A program made the position numbers and the translations under genes. A stretch of DNA of 64,000 nucleotides from Utricularia gibba (taxonomy: Eukaryota > Plantae > Magnoliophyta): positions 310,001-374,000 of the forward strand of contig NEEC01000016.1 in NCBI GenBank assembly GCA_002189035.1. Direction: 5' to 3'. The notes under the pieces are model-generated. The model was not told where the DNA came from, did no database searches, and worked only from the letters and a program-made list of their open reading frames with translations. Shown here one piece after another: positions 40,257 through 52,587 of the stretch. Within the stretch, counting starts at the first letter, position 1, and the number at the start of each line of letters is the position of its first letter.

Positions 40257-41578
40257 ATCCCCATATTCTCGTCTCAGTGTCTGGACTCGTGACTTGTCAT
40301 GTCATCCCACAAACATCTGAAACCCATTCTTCCCTTCTTTGACTCACTACACCTGCTTTCTACCCTGATGCGAAATGTGCATTTACAATGCAAATCACGA
40401 ATTCCTACTACAATTTCGTTATTCTGAGTCTACCCATTCTTTCTTTCTGATGCCAACGTCGTCTTCCGTCGAGGCAGATCGCAAATTCCCAGTATCAGTT
40501 TACAGATTCATACTCGCGCAGTAGAGGCGCCGTCTGGGTCTCGCCCAAAATTAAAAAAGAAGAATCACAATGCATGATAGCATCCCATAACCCCCAAATC
40601 CCCAATTGGGTGTCATGGGATCGAGGCTAGGGTTTATTGGATGAAGGCTGCAGAGACCCATCCATCTCCATGGTGTCCCATTGAAGAAGCTTTTCCTTGG
40701 AGGTTTCTGAAACCCTAATCATTGAATCATCACTATTCACCGCCCTCCATCCAAATAGAACACTAGTCTTTAACCTATCTTCATAAGCACCCATCAACAG
40801 TTCGGACAAATATTTTCAAAATTTTAGTTAAATGGTAATTGAAATATTTTCTATCTCATTGAATTAAATTTGAATCGTTTTAAAATATATAAAAATAAAT
40901 TACGACTTACTCGTCATTTACAAAAATGATCATCTACTCTTTATCTCTTACATATTAAGAATAAATTTTTACATATAGATGTCTATTTCTATCACACATT
41001 TAAAATACAGTTGTCAATTTTATGATGTAATTATGTTGAAGGTGAGATGGGTTGGATCCTTCGAGGTCACCATGAGAATAATCTTGAGTTTATCATAGAT
41101 TTACTTAGATCATTTTTAATCATTTTCGGAAATACTGATGTGACATTTTTGAAAATAAATAAATGTTTTTGAAAATGGGTAAAATTGTTTCTCATTTCTT
41201 TCAAAAACGAAAATAAGAAAACCCGATTTATTTTTGAAAATAGTTTAAAATGTAGTTTGTAATATTTATTTAATAATCGATTTTTGAAAATAAATACAAA
41301 TGTAAAGAAAATTTAATAAAGTAAAATTAATAATTCAATTTACATAAATGCCCTGTCAATGAAATTGTTAAAGATGATCTTATAAATAATGTAATAATTG
41401 TTATTATTGAATTTAAAAATTTTTTAAAAAGAAAAAAAAAAAAAGACAGGTTGTGTCTCTCCTAGTCTCCCTCCCCAGTGTGTGTGAGCACAAGCATGTG
41501 TACAGCAAAAAGGAACACAAAGCATACAGTAGATTATTTTCTCTTTTCTCCATCTCCTCCCTCAAAAACATAAACGCC

Positions 41579-43235
41579 ATGAGCCTTGAGGAATCCCTGA
41601 GATCTCTCTCACTCGACTACTTAAATCTCCTGATCAACGGCCAGGCCTTCAGCGATGTGACTTTCAGCATCGACGGCCGTCTCCTCCACGCCCACCGCTG
41701 TATCCTGGCGGCGCGTAGCCCTTTCTTCCGCAAATTCTTCTCCGGTGCTGACGCGCCCCGCCCGCTGCTCTTAGAGGCGGGGTTTCCCAGGTGGTGGTCC
41801 CGATCAACTCTGTGGGCTACGAGGTGTTTCTGTTCATGCTCCAGTTCTTGTACAGTGGCCAAGTCTCGATTGTTCCTCACAAACAGGATCCCCGGGCGGA
41901 CTGTGGTGACCGCGGATGTTGGCATACGCATTGCTCCGCCGCCGTGGCCCTCGCCCTTGAAACCCTTGCCGCCGCCAGATCCTTCGGAGTCGAGCAGCTT
42001 GCTTTGCTCACACAGGTAATGATAAAAATCGAGTCTTTTTTAGCTTTGACTTGTGGGGTTTCGGGGTTAGATAATACTTCTGATTTTCAATCACTTCTTG
42101 CATGATTTCTGCATCAAACCGCAAGAGTTTCATGATCTGTTAGTGACTTTGAGGTGTATGTACCTATTGATTGATCACCGGAAAGCTTTTCCCTTTTGGT
42201 GACTTGATTCGATCACTGCAGCCATTACCTTCTTCCATGCTTTCAGAATCATCCCTCCATTCTTTGTCTGGTTTAAACAGTGTCTAACGAGTGTTCTTTG
42301 CAGAAGCAATTGATGAGCATGGTGGAGAACGCTTCGATCGAAGATGTGATGAAGGTTTTAGTGGCTTCTAGAAAGCACGAAATGCATCAACTGTGCGACA
42401 CTTGTTCACATTTGGTGTCAAAATCAGGTCTCCTGCCGGAGGTTCTAACAAAGCATCTTCCGATGGATTTGGTCGCAAGAATCGAGGAGCTCCGGCTTAA
42501 GTCCGCCATCTGCGGCAGCAACCGGAAGATCCATCTCCACCATCACCACCACCTCCACGATGGCAACGACAGCAAGATCCGACGGATGCGGAGCGCCCTC
42601 GATTCCTCTGACGTGGAGCTCGTCAAGCTGATGGTGATGACAGAGGGTCTAAATCTCGACGAATCGTTGGCATTACACTACGCGGTTGAGAATTGCAGTA
42701 GAGAGGTAGTAAAGGCTTTGCTCGAATTGGGCGCCGCCGATGCGAACTTCCCGGCGGGGCCGGCGGGGAGGACGCCGTTGCACGTGGCGGCGGAGATGGT
42801 GTCGCCGGACATGGTGGCGGTGCTGCTGGACCACCACGCGGATCCCAATATCCGCACCATTGATGGGGTCACGCCGTTGGACGTTTTGAGAACCCTAACG
42901 AGCGATTTTCTGTTTAAAGGAGGGGTACCGGGGCTCTCTCACATTGAGCCGAATAAGCTCAGGCTTTGCCTCGAGCTCATGCAGTCCGCCGCGGCGGTGA
43001 TTGACAGAGAAGAAGGAAATGCGGCGGCGGCAGCAGCAACAGCCCTTTTTCCTCCGATATCAAGCGGCGGGAACATGGGGTACCTGAACTTGGGAACAAT
43101 AATGGCCAGTGGCGTCGGTGGCCGGAAACTCACGGATAGAGAAGAAAGCAGCACCAGTAGCAGCCGTAGCAACCAGAGGGATTCCACGAGCCACCGCTGC
43201 GGAGCTACTTCCCCACGATGTATCCTCATTATTGA
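41579..43235 (+). CDS. BOP: BLADE-ON-PETIOLE (NPR5/6, NOOT/COCH class) BTB-ankyrin protein, 2 exons; two apparent 1-nt frameshifts
   Basis: MSLEESLRSLSLDYLNLLINGQAFSDVTF, HAHRCILAARS, CWHTHCSAAV, KIRRMRSALDSSDVELVKLMVM and GRTPLHVAAEMV. Intron 42016-42303. Adding one base at C4 (41756-59) and one at TT (43209-10) gives the BOP-like end PTMYPHY*. Confidence 0.93.
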
Positions 43236-44208
43236 CACACCTTCAAGAAATCCACAGCAGCCCAGAGGGAATCATGGGACCTTCTTACAGTCTCGAATTA
43301 TGTCAAGAATGCTGTGTAGCAGACAATTGTTGTATTCCTGGTGTGAATGCCGTACATGTTCCCTGTGATATTCCAGATTCCGATCATCCAAAATGCACAG
43401 GAATGAGAGAATCCCTTTCGGAAAAGTAAAGGATTTGAGTCTCCTCTCCTTTTCTCTCCTCTAGGGTTGAGTTGTCACATTTTGCAACGCAGGGAGACTG
43501 ACTGCAGAGTGCCGTACTTTGACTGACCCGGAGGTCGAGTTCGGGATTTTATATATAATAAAATAAAAAATTTCTATATAGAATAATTTTTTTTTATGAA
43601 GTCCAAATTTGTAATACGCCTGTTATTTTAATATCACTGATAACATTGGTCTTCATAATTTTAACTAAAGATTAATTATGTTTAGCCTTCAAATAAAAAA
43701 TGATTAAAAAATAACTAAAATATAAAATTTTCAAACTAATTATATTCGATAGGTCAAAGTTTGAGTACGAATAATATGGATATATAAAACTTTGGATAAT
43801 ATTGATTCTCCATTATTTAACATTGGATATAATTAGTTACTCAATATTTAAAAACTAAATATGATTAATTAATAATTAATTTTATTAATGTTCTTAATAA
43901 TTAGAGATTACGAATGCAAATTTTTAAAAAATGAAATTTTTTTAGAGTTTGGATCACTTGTATTATAACACCGGAACCGTAGACATGCAAATTTGGTAAA
44001 ATAACAACGTGTCACCAGGGTTTATGGGAAAGGTTTCAAGTCTGCAGGTATGTCTAAGAGCCATGGACATGGCTCTACGGAGGAGGCTGCAGTCCCCCAC
44101 AGGCCACAAACCAGCAGAGAGATTCAGCCATCACTGGGGTGGAGTGGAAGCTACGGTGGAGCATGGCAGTAGGATGATGGCAGCAGGGTGGAGGGTGCCT
44201 GCCCTGCG

Positions 44209-45313
44209 CTAGTAGCCATCCTCACTTGATCCCCACCCATCCTGGTATCTGCCAAATGAATACTGAGATATAGGGGCATCCATCAAATGCAGATTGTCTG
44301 GTTCGATTCCGTAGTCCATGAGCGGCCGCCGCTCAAGGATGTCGTCGTGCTCCTTGACGAATTCGGGTACCTCGAACTCCCCCTTCTTTATGTCGTGCCA
44401 GAGGTACTGAAGCCGGCTGATGTATTTGATCTTCTGGTACAGGCTGCCAACGATAACGAATAAGAAGGCAGCAGGAACAACATAGGAGATGAGGAAGGGA
44501 AGTGGTTACCCTGCACTTAGGAAAAACCTTCCGAGGGTGGCTAGCAGGAGCCTTGACCGCAAGCCGGGGTGGATAAAGTACACAGCTTGAAGCCGGTGTT
44601 TGTGCTCATCAGGCAGTTCTTCGTATATCCACCTCAGGATCATTGCACCGGGTGAGTTGTCCTCTTTCTGGACATCGCTATGCATGTATACAATACAGAA
44701 TGGCCCTTCAGGCAGCTCGGAGATTATCTTATGAACAACATAGCTTCTGAGAGTTTCCCCAGGTATAACAGGTGCTGCAGCAATCAAGCAAAGTAAAAGG
44801 ACGAATCCTTAGAATCCCATTATCAAGATGTCAAAGCAGAAACTCTGCATAAAAAATCCCTGAAGAGAGCAACGTGGAATTAACATGAAACTATAGGGTC
44901 ACCTTAAATACCCACGGAAACGAAAGTGCCAGTAACAAAATCGTACAAAAACTCAGTCACGTGCAACCGAAACAACGATTTCAGGTCACCAATCAAACAA
45001 GAGGTTACTCTTCCAGATACCCAAATCAGGCGTAAATAAGTAGCTTAATCAGAGTGTACTAATTACCGGGAAAATACTTTCCGACGACGCGAAAGATACG
45101 GCTACCGTAATTATCACAACCCCGCTCCAGGCGGAAGAAGCTGAGGGCATCAAGATCGGAGAAATCTTGGTTTGTAACTACGGAAAGATTGGAGGGGCAG
45201 TCGTGCCAATCCTCCTCTTCTGGCGGCGAGTAACTCAAGAAGGGCCGCGCGTCGACACCAAGATCCGATGCCAGAACCACCACCGGGAAATCTTCCTTGG
45301 ATGTGCTCCCCAT
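44209..45313 (-). CDS. BCH/CRAL-TRIO (GDAP2-like, recalled At3g10210 family) protein, 3 exons
   Basis: EDFPVVVLASDLGVDARPFL, RIFRVVGKYFP|APVI, YMHSDVQKEDNSPG, YFIHPGLRSRL and KIKYISRLQYLW. Confidence 0.9.
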
Positions 45314-45698
45314 CCAGCGCTCTCGCTCAAGGAATCGGATTCGGATATTCGCGTGAGTGACGTGTTACGCCCACCCAAAAAAGTAGATATAAAATGTTAA
45401 TATTTTAAATAAATATAAAATAGGTTGAAGGATCCAACGTCACCGGGTCGGTTCGGGTATTCTTTCGGGTGGTTTTGTTGCAGAGGGAAAGAGATTATCC
45501 ACTTCTCGGCTCTGGCTCGCAAGTCGCACCTGTCTTCCCCAAATTCTCCTTGCCCTGTGAAATCCATCTCGATTTCAGGTAACTCTCTCATTGAAGGCTG
45601 CTTTGTTTGTGGGATTGTTCCGTTTTCTTCGATCCTCTCGGGATGATTTTCTCTGCTCCCATACACGTACGATTTGTATGAAGCTTCTTGTTCAGTTG

Positions 45699-47225
45699 AT
45701 GTGTTTCCATTCTTCAGTGTGTAGAATGGGAACACACTTCGTCTTGTAAGCTGTCTGATTTTCTGGCTTTCCAATTCAGAATCTATATGCTTTCGGTGGT
45801 TGGAATGGACTGTGGGAGTCTGAGTTTCCTTCGCTTACACAAGAATGCGTGCCCTAAGTATGAACTCCACACGAATACGAGGCTCAGTTTTGTCGATTCC
45901 CTCAAGGTTCTTGTCCTTCAAAAATCCTTTTAGAGTGTTCACAGTCTCATGCCATTACAACTGGTAGCTTTTCGTTTGCAGAATGCCGGTGCTCATTTCA
46001 GCTTTCAACGGAATAGAAGCTCACTGCAGCGCAGAAACAATGTCCTGGTTGTTGTTGGATGTGCGCATCCTCAGAATGCAGATTTGCCTCGTTATTACTC
46101 AAAGAACGAGAGAAAGCCATTTCCCATACCAGTATTGGAATTACGTCGAGCGGCTAGAGAAAGGCAGAAAAACCGCAAGGACCATCCGAGACTTCCAGTT
46201 CCTCCTCCCAGGAGAGGATTGGTGGTAGAGAGGCTGGTCCCTCTTGCCTACAAAGTATACAATGCTAGAATAAAGTTGATCAATAATCTGAAAAGTCTCA
46301 TGAAAGTGATGCCTGTCAAGGCCTGCAAGTAAGTCTTCGCAATTGTGCTTGAAGTATGCGGAGTCATTTGAGTGATCTCTTCATCTTGTGTGTATTCAGG
46401 TGGTGCAATGAGATTCACGTTGGCCCTGTTGGCCATCCATTCCGATCGTGTAGGGGGTCACGAGCTTCAGATCGGAATGGCATGCATGAATGGGTTGGTG
46501 CTGTTGTTGAGGACATAATGATACCCATCGATGCATATCACTTGTATGATCGTCTCGGCAAGCGCATTCCTCATGAAGAGAGATTTTCTGTCCCCAGAAT
46601 TCCAGCCGTGGTTGAGCTATGCATACAAGCAGGAGTCAACCTGCCTGATTATCCCACAAAGAGGCGAAGGAAACCAGTCATACGGATAGGGAAAAAGGAA
46701 TTCATCGATGCCGATGAGAGTGATCTTCCAGATGCAGAGGAAGCTCCCAGCCCAGAATTGGAAAATGAAATACCGAACTCAGAGATCGTGGCACCGTGTA
46801 ACGGAGAAGAAACAGTTCTGCTTGCGGAAAGAACTCTTCAAGCTTGGGAAGACATGAGAAGTGGAGCCAAGAGGCTGATGAAAATGTATCCTGTAAGGAC
46901 ATGCGGCTATTGTCCTGAAGTCCACATCGGTCCAACGGGGCACAAAGCTCAGAACTGTGGAGCTCGTAAACATCAGCAGCGCAATGGGCAGCACGGGTGG
47001 CAAACAGCAATCCTTGATGATCTAATACCTCCTAGATATGTCTGGCATGTCTCCGATGTAAGTAAGCCTTTGAAGAGGGAGTTAAGGAGTTACTATGGCC
47101 AAGCGCCTGCCGTTGTGGAGTTGTGTATGCAGGCCGGTGCTGAAGTTCCTGAGGTGTACAAGTCTACCATGAGGCTGGATGTCGGAATCCCATCAAATGC
47201 GAAAGAAGAAGAAATGGTGGTCTGA
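45699..47225 (+). CDS. APO2: APO-domain RNA-binding protein (APO2-like, chloroplast), about 4 exons
   Basis: PQNADLP..KPFPIPVLELRRAARER, ACK|WCNEIHVGPVGH, CGYCPEVHIGPTGHKAQNCG and terminal EEMVV*. The start (45699 or 45805) is uncertain. Confidence 0.9.
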
Positions 47226-47312
47226 ACCATGAAACGATGATGTCTTGTTGTATATCAACTTCAACAACCTTATGATCAATCGTCACTACAGATGTCTGTC
47301 TAACCGGAGGCA

Positions 47313-48187
47313 TCACTTTGACTCTGAGGGCCTTCCTGTGTCTTCTTCTTTTTCTTCTCCAATGGTGTCTTCTACCACACTTGATGTGGTAAATTTACGC
47401 CGTTCCTCTGATGTTGCAGTGATAACAGGCATCCATATATCAGCAGTAGAGCTCAATATGGTCCTGACTTCAGGGTCAGAAGCCATCGTCGACGATATCA
47501 TCTCCCCGACGTTATCGAGCTGCTTCGATAAGGTGTCCAGCTTCTCTGCTATCTCAACCTAAAACATGCTCCAACGACAGGATATTGATGTTGATGTATT
47601 AAACATCATATAGCTGCGATGGATTTGGAACCAACCTCATTGAGATGCTGGGCAGACTGGGATGGCAGTTTCCGGACTTCTAATCCCAGAGCTTCAATCT
47701 TCGCACGCAGCTCCACTTCTTCTTCATTGGTTAATGCTTCCACCTGACAAGCGTTGTACAAAAGGTTACAGTTTGACGCAAAGTTAAATTTGCAAGGAAC
47801 GAATCTGATGAGGATCTAATGCTCAGAACCCCAGAGAGGGAGCGATGCTCAGATCATACATCAACAATTAAAAAAAATAAAAGCAATTTCCCAAGGGTTG
47901 CAAACGAAGGATTGGGTGGTTATTTAGGGTTCACATCGAAGACTTCACCAAAACGGAGAGCGGAATCTCACGGCGTCAATCGGATCTCAAGAATTCGATT
48001 GCAGGTCTGAAATCGTCGATGCAATCGGAAGCTGGGACCGGACTTTCAAAGGCTGGCATATCATTACAGGCGATGATAACAAGATATAAGAGAAAGAAAC
48101 CTGCTGGAGGAGACTGGAGAGCAAACCAAAGAACTGCGCATCTGCGGCCACCGGCGATGGAGGCGCTTCTCCGCTGCCTTCGGCCAT
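47313..48187 (-). CDS. Small conserved-looking coiled-coil protein of unknown function, 3 exons
   Basis: MAEGSG..FFGLLSSLLQQ|VEALTNEEEVELRAKIEALGLEV..HLNE|VEIAEKLD..DPEVRTILSSTADIWMPVITATSEERR. Clean in-frame GT-AG junctions; resembles a plant family I recall but cannot name. Confidence 0.8.
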
Positions 48188-48735
48188 TTTTCTGCACTCA
48201 CGAATCACAACTATACTGGAGTTCGGCAGCCAAAAAAAAAAGGATGTCGATAAAATTTTGAGAACACGCGATTTTAAATCAAAATTTGCAGTAAATTTAT
48301 AACCCCAATTTGGCTTTGCATTTGAACATGGGTATCGATTTACATTCTCCGTAATTTCAAATTGGTAATTTTTGAACTCGGCAACCTAATTTTTTACATT
48401 TTGGAAGTCGAAATGGGATTTTGAATTTGAATTTCAAAACCATCATCAAATTGATCTCTACATTTGAAGTGACGGGATTTTGTGAGTCGAGAGCAGAGTA
48501 ATCAGATTCGACGGCGGTGATAACCGGAAATGGCGAATTCCAAAGCAAAAGAAAATAAATATTCAAGCAATTAGCAATAATCATGAATGCCTAAAGTGAC
48601 GAATCGGAAAATTACGATAATTGCAGACGAAGAAGATCCTCAAATCAAGTCTCCTAAAACAACTGCATTATTCCAGACCAAGATCTCATCCTAAATTTGA
48701 AACCACACGGAACAGAAGCCACGTCGCCACGTTAT

Positions 48736-48927
48736 TCAGTGCCTCAACGCGGCGAAAACCGAGACAAAGAGAGACGACGCCACAACAGCTACGGGGATCG
48801 GCAACGAAAGCGCGCCGGAAGTCGGCGATGGAGCCGGTGCGAACGACTGTCCGTCCGCGAAGCTAGCAATAGCGGCGAAGGCGAAAAACATGATCGCCGC
48901 CGCCTCCGCAAATCTGATTAGCGCCAC
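48736..48927 (-). CDS. Arabinogalactan (AG) peptide: signal peptide, Q-SFAPAPSPTS glycomodule and GPI-type hydrophobic tail
   Basis: 63-codon ORF with textbook AG-peptide layout and a TATA-like box near 49006-49013. It starts at GTG 48927 or at ATG 48891. Confidence 0.85.
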   Translation of the reverse strand: MALIRFAEAAAIMFFAFAAIASFADGQSFAPAPSPTSGALSLPIPVAVVASSLFVSVFAALRH

Positions 48928-49511
48928 GAGAGTCGTTGGAAGCCTTCGTGCCGAGTGCGAAACAATATCGGGGCGGCGGTCTGAGGAGGCAGGGCACGTA
49001 AAGAACGATATATAGAGAGAATCAGTGGGGCCCCATAAACAGCTGGCAAAAGTGGCTTGGGGTTAACGCCAACGTGAACCAGGGTAGCCACGTGATGACT
49101 GATGACTGGGAGGAAACGCGCCACATGGCTTAGGTTCATTTTACTTTTACTTTTTTATTCCAAAAAAATTCCAAAAAAAATTAAGTAAAAATAATAAAAA
49201 AAAGCAGAAATTCATCCCTTAAAAATTATTATTCCAGTTTAATTCGATAAAATAATTTTTTCGTTACTTCAAGTGTCTCGTTGTGGATTATATGTTCATT
49301 TTCAATATTATTATTGTATTTTAAAATAATTTTACATATGAAAGGTTATGTTTAATTCTATACCTTTAATATAAGATTAGTAGTATAATGATAACATTTT
49401 ACATTGGTTACGGACGAGATAAAAGAATATTTTTAAATAAATGAACTTTATTAATTTTACATAAAGTATTTTTTCGAAAACAATGAATCAGAATTAGATA
49501 CTAAAAAAGTA

Positions 49512-49718
49512 TTCTGAAAAATTTTTAAAACCTATTTTTATTTTTTAAAATAAAAATAATTTTGTTCTAGAATAATTTTAATTGTAAAATTAATTTTATC
49601 AAAAATATTTTAAAAATTATGACTATAAAAATTATTTTTGAAAAATTAAGGAGTTGTTTACTTTTATTTTTTATTTCTATTTTTGAAAAATAAAATTAGG
49701 TTTCAAAAATTTTTCAAA
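49512..49718. mobile_element. AT-rich imperfect inverted repeat (arms about 47 bp), MITE/foldback remnant
   Basis: 49512-49558 (ttctgaaaaatttttaaaacctatttttattttttaaaataaaaata) matches the reverse complement of 49669-49718. No TSD identified. Confidence 0.5.
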
Positions 49719-49892
49719 ACAGATTAAATATATATAATATATTTTAAGAAGAAAATTAATTATAACAATTGATGCAAAAATTGAACCATGAGTATCATGT
49801 GTCTGAAGAGATACATATGAACACCACACTCAATCATCTTATGTCTAATGTTCAGAAATCACAGCAGGAGAAGGGAAAAACGCAGTGTTTTC

Positions 49893-52587
49893 CTAGGAGG
49901 AGTCCCTGGCCATCTTTTTTGCCTTCATGAGGGTTTTTGTCAACCAGATGGCGGTTTCTCTGGAGGACACCATTTCGTCTCCGAATGGCTTCAGGATTCC
50001 GGTGAGCTCGTCGAGTTTGTCTTCCTTAAGTAGCTCGGCGCATAGCTCCAGGAGGGACTCTAGTGCATCAGCTCTCTGCGGCACGGCGCTTCCCTGTTCA
50101 CTTTTACTGATGGAAGCTGGTTCCTGTGACAATGGCTGGGCTCGCTCTTGGAGATTCGCCTCTTTCTCATGCGCATTGTCGGTTACCTGAATGGGCGGCG
50201 CCCGGTTGGTGGGACATCGTTCTCCGGGCAGCTCTGAGTGACAGCTTTGACGGCAAGAGATGTCTCCGACGGCGAAATTGAGGTGTGTTGGTTGTGAGAT
50301 GCAGCGTCTTCCTTCTTCGTTCCAAAAACATTCCTGGAAGCTGCGATCTCTCCTGATCGTCTGAGAGACGAGGAGTAAGTGATGCTGGTGTCGTCTTCTA
50401 CATTGCCAGCACTCTTGGAATCTTCACTGTCGGTGGAGATCTTCCCGGAGTAGCTTGTCCGATCAACTCTCTTCGTCTCCAGAATGTCATCGAAGGAGAT
50501 ATCGCCTTCCAGCAAACTGGGAAGCTGCATATCCTTGTTTTCATCGAACAACGGAAGCAGATCCTTCGGTTTCTGCTTCACTTCTCTGAGCCGGCTGCCC
50601 GTCGGAGGAGAAGTCTTCACCTTCTTCTCCTTGGTATTTTTCGGGGAGGGAGACTTCACCGGGAGAAAGGTGGGGGACGGATCATGGCACCGGAGAAGGA
50701 ATGGCTGCAAATGCGGAAGCCTCAACAGCTCCGCCGCCTGCAAAGCAACCAAGATGATGATAAACCTCAACAGCCGATGAAGCACGACGGGGAAACCACT
50801 CACCGCCGGCCTGTGTTCCATGCTCTTCCTGAGCATGCTCTTGATGATTTGCTTCCTACAATCCCAAGAACACAAAGCTCTCTGTAAGTTGCTACGATTT
50901 CCCACCAACAAACAGCTTTAATGGTCACCGGTGATCAACTAAAAGAAGGCTTACAGGGAAGGAGAGTAGATGATCGGAAGTGGAGAAATCAAAGATCTGT
51001 TGATCTTGTTAACAAGTCCAGCCATGTCCTGTTACACATCAGTGTTCTGTTACAGGCATCAGCCTTTGAAGAAGCAGACAAAATGCTCTCCATGTATGAA
51101 CTTACAGACGCCTTGAATGCTTGTTGATGTGCAGCGATCTCAAACACGCAGCAGCCTTCAAGAAACGAAATCCTGATGAGAGGGGGAGATCAAAAGGATA
51201 CAAAACAGATGGATATCAATCTGATACACTACCAAGCGACCATATGTCGGATTTGTAGCCATATGGCGTGCCGGCGAGCAGCTCCGGGAAAACATAATTT
51301 GGGGTTCCGGCAGCCTGCACAGATTGCACTCAGCATTTTGAAACAAGAAAGCAGTTCATATTTCAGAACAAGATGTAAAGAGAGTGGGAGTGATGTAGCA
51401 AGCTTCTGTTTTTGCCAAAAGGATGTGACAAAAGAGTTTCAAATGGCTGAGAAGCGCACCGGACAAGCGAGCTCTCCATCAAGAAGCTTAGATAACCCAA
51501 AGTCTCCTACAGATCAGCCAAATGAAAAGGGTAACATGCCAAATTAGTGATGGATTGAATCCATCTCAGAAACAATGGTTTTGCATCATCTTACCGAGAC
51601 AGATATCATTTTCCCTTGTGAGGAATACATTTGAGAGCTGCAGGGTAACATATACATGATAATCAAATCGATAACTGCAGTTCAGATCAATCAGAGATCA
51701 AACCTTTAGGTTCCCATGAAGAACTCGATTTGAATGAATAAAGTCGATGGCTAGCAGCATCTGTGTCAACCACTTGCAGACTATCTGGGGCAAACAAAAG
51801 TGGCGTTCAACATTCTGATAGTCCTATTCCTTGGACTAGAAAGAATGCAAAAACTGATTCACCTCCTCTGGAAAATATGCTCCTCTCGCCCTCCTGATAA
51901 CTTGATGGCTGCAGTATGAAATATGCATTCAGTCAGTGGCGTTTCTCATTTCTCACCCCCGGAAACACTGTTACTTACATGTTTCCATGCTCGCAATAGC
52001 TAGTTATAATGCATATGCTGTCTCCCTGAGAATGAACAGAGGATCACTTAAACTGCTAGAGCTTGAAAAAGGTGTATAATTTAACACAATACCGCTTCAA
52101 ACCAAACATCTTTGTATTCAAGAATATAGGGGTGTCTCAGTTTTGCGAGTACGTTCAGCTGCAACCAAGGCAAACAGATCAAGCTCAAGATAAACATCCT
52201 AATGCCAATAATCTTGTTCAGTAAACAAGAGATCCCCGGTGGTGGAAACAACCTCTTGGTGGGCTGCACGCTTGAATTTTTCCGTTTGCTTAGAGATGCT
52301 GATTTTCTTTAGCACGTATCTGCAAATGGGAAATGGAAACGAATTACTGAACTTCCATTTGCAATTCCCAAAAACACTGAATTTTGGATTTAACCATAAG
52401 GATAAGGAATTGCTGCACACCAAACATGGAGGCAGGAGGATATCAGGAACCAGAGCAGAGTTTCTAACCTCTTGTTTTCAGTCCTGTGAACAACGAGAAA
52501 AGTTGCAGAGAAAGAACCTCGCCCAATTTGTTCTACTACTTCATAATCTTCCATCTTGGAGCTTGGATCCCCGTTTTCTGTCTCCAT
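49893..52587 (-). CDS. NIMA-related kinase, rice NEK6 / Arabidopsis NEK7 clade; catalytic loop HGN; one apparent 1-nt frameshift
   Basis: [53 protein letters not shown] and the NEK C-terminal motif [24 protein letters not shown]. Frameshift at 50211-13. Confidence 0.9.

Noticed and set aside
51193-51200. GTATCCTT on the minus strand in NEK, and ATATCCTT near 54786 in DnaJ, as U12 donors
   Set aside because: Both lie inside ordinary GT-AG introns and not at exon boundaries.
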